A DNA stretch of 64,000 nt, from contig CAVWLW010000075.1 of NCBI GenBank assembly GCA_963755715.1, positions 1 through 64,000 on the forward strand. The letters run 5' to 3'. Under the pieces are notes generated by a model. The model saw nothing but the letters and a program-made list of their open reading frames with translations, searched no databases and was not told where the DNA came from. This DNA comes from an uncultured delta proteobacterium. GTDB lineage: Bacteria > Desulfobacterota > Binatia > UBA9968. Within the stretch, counting starts at the first letter, position 1. Every line of letters starts with the position of its first letter. The position numbers and the translations under genes are program-made. This document shows positions 56,209 through 64,000 of this stretch, in pieces.

Positions 56209-57120
56209 GTGAACTGGATCTGTCACAAACAGCGCGGCCTCGCCAGGGTTGTCTTCTCACTCTTGACGGTTTTGCAGCTGTTTGGCGGGGCGAAAGATTT
56301 GTCCGGCGCCGAGCGCGCTATGGACACGCAAGACCCGATGACCGTAATCCAGAGTTACCTGCGCGCAACTTATGCCCGCGATTTCGCCGCCGCCTATCGG
56401 TTTATTTCGGCCGAAGACCGCAACGTGCGTGACGTGAATCGTTACGTTCAGCAACGCGGTCCTTACAGCGGCTTCATACTCGATGCAGCGAGAAAGCTCA
56501 GCGAATTTATCGAAGTCGGGATATTGAACGCGCAAGAATCGCCGCGCGGTGTCCGCATGGCGATCAAGTACCGCGTGCCCGACCCGCAAAAAATCGCGCC
56601 GCTGTTGTTGAATTGGGACGCTCGTCGACTGAACTCTCTGCCAGCGACCGAGCGCAAACAAATCATCGATGCGCTTGATAAGCGCCAGCACGAAGGCTCT
56701 CTTGAAATGAGCGAAGGACAAGAAATATTCGAGCTGATTAGAGAAGCGAACGAGTGGCGAGTTTTTTTGAATTGGCAAGCCGGTGTTAAAATCCCGCTCA
56801 AGCTCGACTTGTCCAAGTCGCCGGACTTGGACGTGATGCTTTCCAAGAATGAATTCGTCGTACAGCCCGGCGACTTGTTCGAGATCGTCTTAAAAATCAA
56901 AAACCGCACCCAACAGCCGATGACCGTGCGCATTGGCCATCTCGTCGAGCCCAGCACGATCGCCGATTATCTCGATTTCGTCCAGTGCGGTTTTCTCTTG
57001 CCGGTAACGGTTCAGCCGGACAAGGAACAGGAATTTTCTGGCACCTATATGCTGCGTGGCAGTCTTCCCGAAGGCGTCCGGGGCCTGAACCTGACCTACG
57101 ATTTTCGTCAGCTTAAGTGA
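56209..57120 (+). CDS. Exported protein with a C-terminal CtaG/Cox11-like domain (paralog A)
   Basis: V.PGD..EI..KIKN...YLDFVQCGF..V..QP....L..YDF resembles the Cox11 Ig-like domain. Confidence 0.7.
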   Translation: MNWICHKQRGLARVVFSLLTVLQLFGGAKDLSGAERAMDTQDPMTVIQSYLRATYARDFAAAYRFISAEDRNVRDVNRYVQQRGPYSGFILDAARKLSEFIEVGILNAQESPRGVRMAIKYRVPDPQKIAPLLLNWDARRLNSLPATERKQIIDALDKRQHEGSLEMSEGQEIFELIREANEWRVFLNWQAGVKIPLKLDLSKSPDLDVMLSKNEFVVQPGDLFEIVLKIKNRTQQPMTVRIGHLVEPSTIADYLDFVQCGFLLPVTVQPDKEQEFSGTYMLRGSLPEGVRGLNLTYDFRQLK

Positions 57121-57233
57121 GCTGTTGCCGCGCTATCGACTGCCTATCTGGCAGCTCCGTGTTTTTTGTGGTTAATTGTTTTCAAAGAAAAAGTCCACGC
57201 CGTTCGTCTAATGCAATATGAGGTCAGAAACAG

Positions 57234-57824
57234 ATGAAAAACTTTAGCCGCGCTTGCCTAGCGCTGTTTTGGGCCCTGATCGGTCCATGGCAATTGAGCG
57301 ATTTCAATTTCCCGGCGCTGTCAATCAGCGTCGCCAGCGCGCAAGATTCATCCTTCGAATCGAAAAAAATTGTGCCCTTTGTGCCCTCGCCGCAGGAGGT
57401 CGTCGATAAAATGATCGAGCTCGCCGGCGTGAAGAAAGACGACGTCGTGTTTGACATGGGTTCGGGTGACGGTCGGATCGTCATCGCGGCGGCAAAAAAA
57501 GGCGCCAAAGCCACTGGCTTTGAAATCGATGGCGACCTGGTGAAAGAGTCGCGTGAAAATATTCGCAAGGCCGGCGTGCAGAATCTAGCCGAGATTCGCC
57601 AGCAAGATATTTTGACTGTCGACTTTTCTCCCGCATCGGTCGTGACCATGTATCTGCTGCCGGACGTGAACTTGAAGTTGAAGCCTAATCTCCTTAGCCA
57701 ACTGAAACCAGGCTCGCGGGTTGTCTCTCATTCCTTCGATATGGGCGATTGGAAACCGGACAAGGTCGAGAAGGTCGACTGGCGCACCATCTATCTTTGG
57801 ACCATCCCGGAAAAGCGGCGCTAA
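57234..57824 (+). CDS. Class I SAM methyltransferase with a signal-peptide-like N-terminus
   Basis: PFVPSP, DMGSGDGRIVI, VTMYL and LKPGSRVVSHSF. Confidence 0.9.
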   Translation: MKNFSRACLALFWALIGPWQLSDFNFPALSISVASAQDSSFESKKIVPFVPSPQEVVDKMIELAGVKKDDVVFDMGSGDGRIVIAAAKKGAKATGFEIDGDLVKESRENIRKAGVQNLAEIRQQDILTVDFSPASVVTMYLLPDVNLKLKPNLLSQLKPGSRVVSHSFDMGDWKPDKVEKVDWRTIYLWTIPEKRR

Positions 57825-57874
57825 TCCGAGGGGACATTCTCGACCCATAGCCTGATCTTGCCTTCGCTTACCGA

Positions 57875-58768
57875 ATGTCCCGTATTTTCAAAAATTTTCT
57901 TCTGTTCGTTTTTAGCGCGGCCATGCTGGCGCTGCCCGCGATCTATTACATCAACGCGGCCCGCGACCGACAATCCGATGAGCCCAAGCAGGTATTGACG
58001 AAATATCTTAGGTTTCTCTATGCGCGCGACTTTCGCCACGCGTATCGTTTTATCGCTAGCGAGGATCAGCGCTTGAAACCGCAAAAGGATTACGTGCGCG
58101 AGCGCGGCCCGTTTAGCGGTTTCGCGTTGGATGCGGCACGAAAGCTTTCCGGGCTGATCGAGTTAAAGCCCGTGTCGGAGCAACCGGACGGGAAAGCGAA
58201 GCGGGTTCGAGTCGCCATGAAGCTCCCTGACGCCAACGGCGTCTCCGCGTTATTGCTCGACTGGGATGAGAAACGCTTGAATGCTCTGCCGGCGCCGGCA
58301 CAAAAGAAGATCCTCGCGGCCATCGATGATCTAACGCGCCAAAAGAAATTGCCGATGATCGAAGGCGAGGAAGAGTTCGTTTTGGTGCAAGAAAATGCGC
58401 AGTGGAAAGTCCATCTCAACTGGGCCGCCGGAGTGAAGGTCAAGTTCGCTACTGTCCTGCCACCGGGCGGTGGGATCTTAGCGGAACCGATCATCAAGGA
58501 GACCATCGCGCGCTCGGACGACTTGTTCACGATCGGCTTCAACGTAAAAAACCGCACCTCCCGCGAACTCGTCACTCGCATCGTGCACCGGGTCGAGCCG
58601 AAAGAGATGGCGCCCTATCTCGATCTCGTTGAATGCGCCCTGTTGCTGCCAGTACGGCTTCGTCCCGGCGAAGAGCAGACTTACAACAGCACCTATGTGG
58701 TTCGCGGCGATTTGCCCGATGGGATCAAAAACCTCAATGTCACTTATGAGTTCAAAGTCGAAAATTAG
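57875..58768 (+). CDS. Membrane-anchored protein with a C-terminal CtaG/Cox11-like domain (paralog B)
   Basis: Colinear with 56209-57120 (YARDF..AYRFI..ED, RGP.SGF.LDAARKLS, LL.WD); YLDLVECALL..LRPGEE. Confidence 0.7.
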   Translation: MSRIFKNFLLFVFSAAMLALPAIYYINAARDRQSDEPKQVLTKYLRFLYARDFRHAYRFIASEDQRLKPQKDYVRERGPFSGFALDAARKLSGLIELKPVSEQPDGKAKRVRVAMKLPDANGVSALLLDWDEKRLNALPAPAQKKILAAIDDLTRQKKLPMIEGEEEFVLVQENAQWKVHLNWAAGVKVKFATVLPPGGGILAEPIIKETIARSDDLFTIGFNVKNRTSRELVTRIVHRVEPKEMAPYLDLVECALLLPVRLRPGEEQTYNSTYVVRGDLPDGIKNLNVTYEFKVEN

Positions 58769-59369
58769 CCGGGCAATTTTTTTCATCCTGCTCCTCAGCG
58801 CCTTTTTGGCCTCGGTCGTTTGGGCTCATATCCCCATCCCGCCCAAAGCGCCGAGTGAAATCGGCCGCCGGCCCGTAAAAATCGCCGTGCCTGATTTCAC
58901 GCTCACCGATCAGGACGGCAAACCCTTTCGTTTCGCCGCGGCGCGGGGAAAATTGATCCTGGTCACTTTCATCTTTACGACCTGTCCAGACGTGTGTCCG
59001 CTATTGACGGCCAATTTCGCCGCGATCCAACGCGCATTGGAAGAAAAGAAAGTTAAAGACTATCTCTTGCTGAGCATCACCACCGATCCCGAGCAAGACA
59101 CGGCGCCGGTCCTGAAAGATTACGCCGGCCGCTTCAAAGCGGACCTTCGACATTGGTCGCTTCTTACCGGCACGCGCTCGGAATTGGCCAAAGTTTGGCA
59201 GGACTTCGGCGTCCACGTGGTCAAAAACGAATCAGGCCAAGTACAGCATACGACGTTTACGACTCTGGTGGATCGCCAGGGTAATCGACGGATCGACTAC
59301 TACGGCGACAAATGGCAGGACAAGGAAGTTCTAAAAGACATTCAATGGCTCGCCTCGATAAAAAAGTGA
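58746..59369 (+). CDS. SCO1/SenC copper chaperone (2 of 3)
   Basis: CPDVCP, TDPEQD and VQHT; predicted mature N-terminal His (VWA|HIP). Confidence 0.93.
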   Translation: MSSKSKISRAIFFILLLSAFLASVVWAHIPIPPKAPSEIGRRPVKIAVPDFTLTDQDGKPFRFAAARGKLILVTFIFTTCPDVCPLLTANFAAIQRALEEKKVKDYLLLSITTDPEQDTAPVLKDYAGRFKADLRHWSLLTGTRSELAKVWQDFGVHVVKNESGQVQHTTFTTLVDRQGNRRIDYYGDKWQDKEVLKDIQWLASIKK

Positions 59370-59933
59370 AAGCGCTGATCGCCGTTGCTTCTTGCAGCCT
59401 CCTGATCGCTTTTTGTCTTCTCTCCTTGCCGGCGCGCGCTGCCGACAACGACCAAGGCGTGTTGGAAATACAGCTCAAAGACCATCGCGAAGCGATCGAC
59501 GATTTCGCCAAGTTCGATATCACGGTCGATAAAATCCTCATCAGCCCAAAGCCGGGGCTCATGTTTTGGCAAAGCGGCTGGAAAGAGTTGACGCCGTCGA
59601 CCGCAACGATCGATCTGACGCAATACATCAACAAAAAAAGCGCGCGGATTTTTCGTAGCGCGATCAACGCCGGATCGTTCGACGCGTTGGATATCAAAAT
59701 CAAGAGCAGCGAAGCCGTGCTTAAAAAAACTCGTCGAGCCGGCGCAAGTCAAAAACACCGTCGGCCCGATAAAAATCACGTTCCAAGTACCGGCAAAAGG
59801 CGAAACTCTCCTCGTGCTCGATCTCGTCGTCACCGACTTCTCCGACCACCCGCCGCGCGGCTACGAATTGGGAATCAGAGGCTACGAGCTCTACACCAAC
59901 GGCAAGCTGATTCAGAAAGTTCCACCAGTCTAG
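59345..59933 (+). CDS. DUF4382-like exported protein (frameshift at ~59725-59745)
   Basis: Signal peptide, GVLEIQLKDH.EAIDDF..DITV and TIDLT; hand-joined C-terminus ..LVLDLVVTDFSDHPPRGYELG..KVPPV*. Confidence 0.7.
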
Positions 59934-60185
59934 TCCACATTCCGGAAGTTCATAGAGTCCTCTCTAATTACACCAAGCTCTTTCATTTCAACATGGTCAT
60001 CGGCCTGAGGTCGCAGGACGAGCTCTATTAACTTTCTATAACTACTTTGAATAAAGGCGCGTCCTTACGAATGCTTCTGAGCATCGCAGTCCGAATATCC
60101 TAATGACCCAAACAGTCACCGCACGTGGCAGAAACTCATCGGGATTCAATGTTCGTGATTTTACAGTCTATCGTTGATAATACGT

Positions 60186-60689
60186 TTAACAGATTCGAAG
60201 AATTGTTTCGCGGTAACCAGACTTGCATATTTTGAAGGACGCAGGCTTGATCGAGATCGCAAAGAGAAGGGACACGAATGCAAACGAGCCTTCCGGGTAC
60301 AGGCGCTGACCGATACGAAACGTGGTTAATACGCAAATCGAGAACGAAGCAATAATTGCAAGTCGAACGACGGTCCTCGGATCACTAGCGACCATTTGAG
60401 CTATTGAATATACGCCACCCAACAAAGCGTAATACAGTGGTCCATAAAGGGTGACAAGGTAAGGCGGGCGGTTAAAGTCGGGATACAACTGTCCAGTTGA
60501 CAAGAATTCCTGAACTCGAAGTAATGTAGCGCTCTCTGGATAGCCGACGTCTCTGAAATGCACTAAGTTCGCAATAGTCGTGACCACCGTCACGAACAGG
60601 CCCACGACCAATAGAAAACCGATAGTACCTTCGACTATCGGAAGACCATTCGGTTTTTTAGAAGACATATTTGTGTATTGTTGAGCCAT
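60186..60689 (-). pseudogene. Truncated GT-C/PMT-like membrane glycosyltransferase fragment (lower GC)
   Basis: N-terminal TM, YPE..., LYPD...YGPLYY pattern; ends after ~160 aa; antisense to the island. Confidence 0.5.
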
Positions 60690-60760
60690 AATCTATATTA
60701 ATCTTGCTACCAGAGCGCACGTGTTTGAAAGCATTTTCTCCAAAGTCTTGTCTCTACACA

Positions 60761-60783
60761 AACGATAAATTTATCGTTAGAAT
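60761..60783 (+). promoter_or_regulatory. Perfect 18-bp palindrome abutting a -10 box (operator candidate)
   Basis: AACGATAAATTTATCGTT followed by overlapping TAGAAT, 25 nt before ATG 60808. Confidence 0.6.
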
Positions 60784-60807
60784 CTCTCCTGCTTAGTTTT
60801 TCTGATC

Positions 60808-61455
60808 ATGGAAACATCAAAGACTCGGTTTATCTTGCTTGGCTTGGCCGTGGTCGGCTTGGGAATCGTCTTCGGTACGGCGCTCTGGCTCAAGCTCGGA
60901 CCTCACCCGCAATTCAGCCGCGACTCGTCGAACTCGATCGACGGTTTAAATCAGTATGGCCCGGTGCCGGATTTTTCATTCATGGAAAGAGACGGCAGCG
61001 CCGTGAGCCTGTCACAGTTGCGCGGCAAAATATGGATCGCCGATTTCATCTATACGAGTTGCACCGACACGTGCCCGTTGCAAACAGCCATGATGGCGAA
61101 GCTGCAGGAAGAGTTCGCCGGCAAGCCAGACATTCAGCTCGTGTCGTTTTCCGTCGATCCCGAGCGCGATACACCGCAGGCGTTAGCGACCTATGCGGCG
61201 AAATATCAGGCCGACGCCAAGCGCTGGTATTTTTTGACCGGGCCGCGCGACCGCGTCCTACGTTTGGTGCAAGATGGTTTTCATCTGGCGGTGGCCGCTC
61301 TGCCCAGCGATACCGATCCGAGCGGCACGATCCCGCATAGTCCGCGCTTCGTTTTAATCGACAAACAAGCGCGCATACGCGGCTACTACGATAGCCGGGA
61401 GTTGGAAGCTTTCGTCCGGCTCAAAAACGATATTGAAACTTTGGCGAAAGGATAG
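60808..61455 (+). CDS. SCO1/SenC copper chaperone (3 of 3)
   Basis: CTDTCP, SVDPERDT, WYFLTG and IPHS. Confidence 0.93.
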   Translation: METSKTRFILLGLAVVGLGIVFGTALWLKLGPHPQFSRDSSNSIDGLNQYGPVPDFSFMERDGSAVSLSQLRGKIWIADFIYTSCTDTCPLQTAMMAKLQEEFAGKPDIQLVSFSVDPERDTPQALATYAAKYQADAKRWYFLTGPRDRVLRLVQDGFHLAVAALPSDTDPSGTIPHSPRFVLIDKQARIRGYYDSRELEAFVRLKNDIETLAKG

Positions 61456-61458
61456 GAG

Positions 61459-62331
61459 ATGGCCAACGACAGCATACGAAAAAACAAGCAAGCGGCAGCC
61501 AAAGTGAATTTGCGCGCCGGCCCGAACTGGCTGCTGTTCGGCCTGGCGCTGCTCGGCATGGCCTTGTCCGGCTATCTCACTTTTTCAGCATGGCAAGGTA
61601 GCCGCGTCGCGTTTTGCACCCAAGGCGCCGGCTGCGATGTCGTGCTCAACAGCCGTTGGTCGACGCTCTTCGGCATGCCGACTTCTTTTTGGGGCTTTCT
61701 CACTTATGTGCTTCTGGCCGCCGTGGCTTGGAACAAAAACGTCGTCGACCAGTGGCGTTGGGCTTGGGTAATTGCGCTGTTCGGTTTGCTCTACAGCCTT
61801 TACCTGACATCGGTCGCTTTTTTTGAATTGCAGGCCGCCTGCCCTTATTGTCTGACATCGCTCGCCTTGATGGCGACCATCTTCATCGTTACCACATTTC
61901 AGCGGCCGAAGAGCTTGGCGAAATTTTCCTGGGGTCCGTGGCTCGCGAAAACCGTCGGTGTCGCCGTCGTTGCGATCCTCGCGCTCCATCTTCACTATGC
62001 CGGCTACTGGGGCGACACTCAGGGCCCGGAAGATCCGTGGGTCCGCGCTCTTGCCGAGCATCTCTCGAAGAGCGACGCCAAATTTTACGGGGCTTCTTGG
62101 TGTCCCCACTGTGCTCAGCAAAAGGACCTGTTTGGTGCTTCGGTCAAGCGAATTCCCTATGTTGAATGCAGCCCCGGCGGTCCGCAAGCGCCTTCGGCTC
62201 CCGTCTGCAAAGAAAAGAACATCACTACCTATCCGACCTGGATCATCAATGGACAACGCTATACCGGCGTTCAACCTTTGGATGCGCTCGCGCAGTTGAC
62301 CAATTTTAAATATCAGGGGGGCAAACCATGA
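61459..62331 (+). CDS. VKOR-thioredoxin fusion disulfide-bond oxidoreductase
   Basis: C..GAGCDVVLNSRWS and CPYC; Trx domain FYGASWCPHC, YVEC and YPTW. Confidence 0.95.
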   Translation: MANDSIRKNKQAAAKVNLRAGPNWLLFGLALLGMALSGYLTFSAWQGSRVAFCTQGAGCDVVLNSRWSTLFGMPTSFWGFLTYVLLAAVAWNKNVVDQWRWAWVIALFGLLYSLYLTSVAFFELQAACPYCLTSLALMATIFIVTTFQRPKSLAKFSWGPWLAKTVGVAVVAILALHLHYAGYWGDTQGPEDPWVRALAEHLSKSDAKFYGASWCPHCAQQKDLFGASVKRIPYVECSPGGPQAPSAPVCKEKNITTYPTWIINGQRYTGVQPLDALAQLTNFKYQGGKP

Positions 62332-62807
62332 TCGGGCGCGCATCGATACTCCGCACCGCGATGCTTTTGACGCTTCTCACGGCGGTGATTCCTTTTTCAC
62401 CTCGGCCGGCGCGCGCCGATCCGTCAAAATATCCCGAGTTTGCCCAACAACAGTTACCCGACAATATTACGCCGGTCTTTATTCACATCGAGGAACTGGT
62501 CACGGATTTAAAAGGCGGCGCCAAGCCGCTGATCATCGACGTACGCAGCGAAGAAGAGTTTCGCGAAGTTCATATTCTGGGCGCGGTCTCCGCGCCGCTG
62601 GGCGACTTCAAAGATTATCTCAAGAGCATTCCACGCGACCGACCGGTCGTTCTCTATTGAGCGTGCCCCCATCACCTGGCCAGTTTGGCCTATGGCATTC
62701 TCTACGAAAACGGCTATCGCAACATGAAAGTGCTCGACGAAGGCATCGTCGGCTGGTACGAAAAGCACTATCCTATGGAAGGCACCAAAGCTCCGCCGCG
62801 GTCATAA
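62328..62807 (+). CDS. Exported rhodanese-domain selenoprotein (Sec at UGA 62658-62660)
   Basis: IIDVRS..F...HILGA then VVLY-TGA-ACPHHLASLAYGILYENGYRNMKVLDEGIVGWYEKHYP..TAA 62805-62807. Confidence 0.85.
62667..62695 (+). promoter_or_regulatory. Bacterial SECIS-like hairpin
   Basis: CCAT..GGCCA-GTT-TGGCC..ATGG; G-initiated apical loop 22 nt after the UGA. Confidence 0.65.
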
Positions 62808-62810
62808 AGC

Positions 62811-63501
62811 ATGGCTGACAAATGCGCGGTGATCTTTTAGCGGTGGCGTCGACTCGGCCACCGCCGCGGCGATGGCAAGAGAGCAAGGCTTCGAGTTACA
62901 CGCGCTCAGCTTTCGCTACGGCCAGCGCCACGAGCGCGAGCTCGTCTCGGCGCAGAAGATCGCAAATTATCTGCACGCCAGATCGCACAAAGAAATTGCC
63001 TTCGATCTTCGCGCGATCGGTGGTTCCGCGCTGACCGACCGAATCGAAGTCCCCAAGCGACGCAGCGCATCAGAAATCTCCCAAGGCATTCCCATCACCT
63101 ACGTGCCGGCGCGCAACACGATCTTTCTGGCATTTGCATTGGCGCTCGCCGAGCGGATCGAAGCGCAGGATATTTTTTTCGGCGCCAATCAACTCGACTA
63201 TAGCGGTTACCCTGACTGTCGCGAGGAATATATTCAGGCCTTTGAACGAATGGCGAATCTCGCCACCAAGGCCGGCGTCGAAGGCAAAAGCCGGATCAGG
63301 ATTCAAACACCGTTGCTCAAAATGACCAAGGCGGAAATCATCCGCGCCGGCTTAAAGCTCGGGCTCGACTACGGGCTTACGTGGAGTTGCTACGACCCGC
63401 TTGCCGATGGCCGCGCATGCGGACGATGTGACAGTTGTCAGTTAAGGTTAAAAGGGTTCGAAGAGGCCGGCGCGGTTGACCCTATTCCGTATGCCGAGTG
63501 A
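62811..63501 (+). CDS. queC: 7-cyano-7-deazaguanine synthase (frameshift in the T-run at ~62836)
   Basis: SGGVDS, YGQRH, TYVPARN, GYPDCR and TWSCY...CGRCDSC. Confidence 0.95.
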
Positions 63502-63521
63502 TTTATCGCTGTGAAAGAATT

Positions 63522-64000
63522 TTAAGATCCTGCCTGCTGAACTTCGGAAGTGTCGTCCTTAGTCACCAGTCTCTTAATGCGCCTTTCCGAGTCTACCACG
63601 GGGATCATCTGTAGATTGTACCGTTTCAAAAGCTGGTTGAGCTCTTCTTGATTCAGGTCTTCCGGGGCCGTGATCACGTCGGTGCGCATAACATCTTGGA
63701 CGGTCTTATCGCCCGGCGTGAGTAGCAAATCCCTGAAAGTGACTACCCCCAGCAACCGTTCTTCAGAATCGGTCACATAGGCGTAATAGATGGTCTGGGC
63801 GCGGTCCCGAGCATCTCGGCGCAGAAAGCTAACAGCCTCGTCGACGGTCATATGAGATCGCAAGCGGGCGTAACTTGGGTTTATCAGGCCGCTAGCCTGG
63901 TCCGCCGCGTAATCGATCAGACCTTTCACTTCCCTGCGGGTCTTGTCATCGAGTAGCGCTAAAAGTCCATCACGTTCTTCGCCGGGCGCTTCCTGGAGCA
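63522..64000 (-). CDS. MgtE-like cytosolic N-domain + CBS pair protein; start outside the window, no TM domain
   Basis: Frame open to the edge (LQEAPGEER..LLDDKTRREV..L..Y); IYYAYV, LLGVV..RDL and IPVVD, then stop. Confidence 0.8.
   Translation of the reverse strand, partial: LQEAPGEERDGLLALLDDKTRREVKGLIDYAADQASGLINPSYARLRSHMTVDEAVSFLRRDARDRAQTIYYAYVTDSEERLLGVVTFRDLLLTPGDKTVQDVMRTDVITAPEDLNQEELNQLLKRYNLQMIPVVDSERRIKRLVTKDDTSEVQQAGS

Overview
This is a GC-rich bacterial window with a deltaproteobacterial-type rrn operon and many orphan solute-binding proteins. That gene content resembles Candidatus Binatia/Binatota, which is an inference not confirmed by any search. The window has four parts. 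(1) 1-16 kb is an accessory region with a sigma54 signalling module: two sigma54 promoters with identically spaced GGTAA-N8-TTACC enhancers, a ~400-nt structured leader, a DUF1566 protein, tandem orphan ABC_sub_bind SBPs, a Cache/HAMP histidine kinase and an NtrC-type activator. (2) 16-31 kb holds glnE, lpxA, yacG, SBP-fold proteins, a LOG protein, dodecin and decayed fpg/KTSC genes. (3) 31.5-42.6 kb holds a 5' fragment of a group IIC intron inserted at the rrn terminator, a full minus-strand 16S-tRNAIle-tRNAAla-23S-5S operon, and tyrS-ymdB-rny-ygfA-(6S slot)-zapA-zapB. (4) 42.7-63.5 kb is a ~20-kb metal island: NikR with two operators, a TonB-dependent receptor, MFS, TonB, a cluster A-I metal ABC transporter, a His-rich RAPP-motif leader ORF, DUF4198, CopC, a CopD fusion, two single-Cys Cox11-like proteins, three SCO proteins, VKOR-Trx, and a rhodanese with an in-frame UGA at the catalytic Cys followed by a SECIS-like hairpin (probable selenoprotein); queC and a partial MgtE-type gene follow. 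About a dozen single-base frameshifts, including in housekeeping genes, are most likely assembly indel errors.
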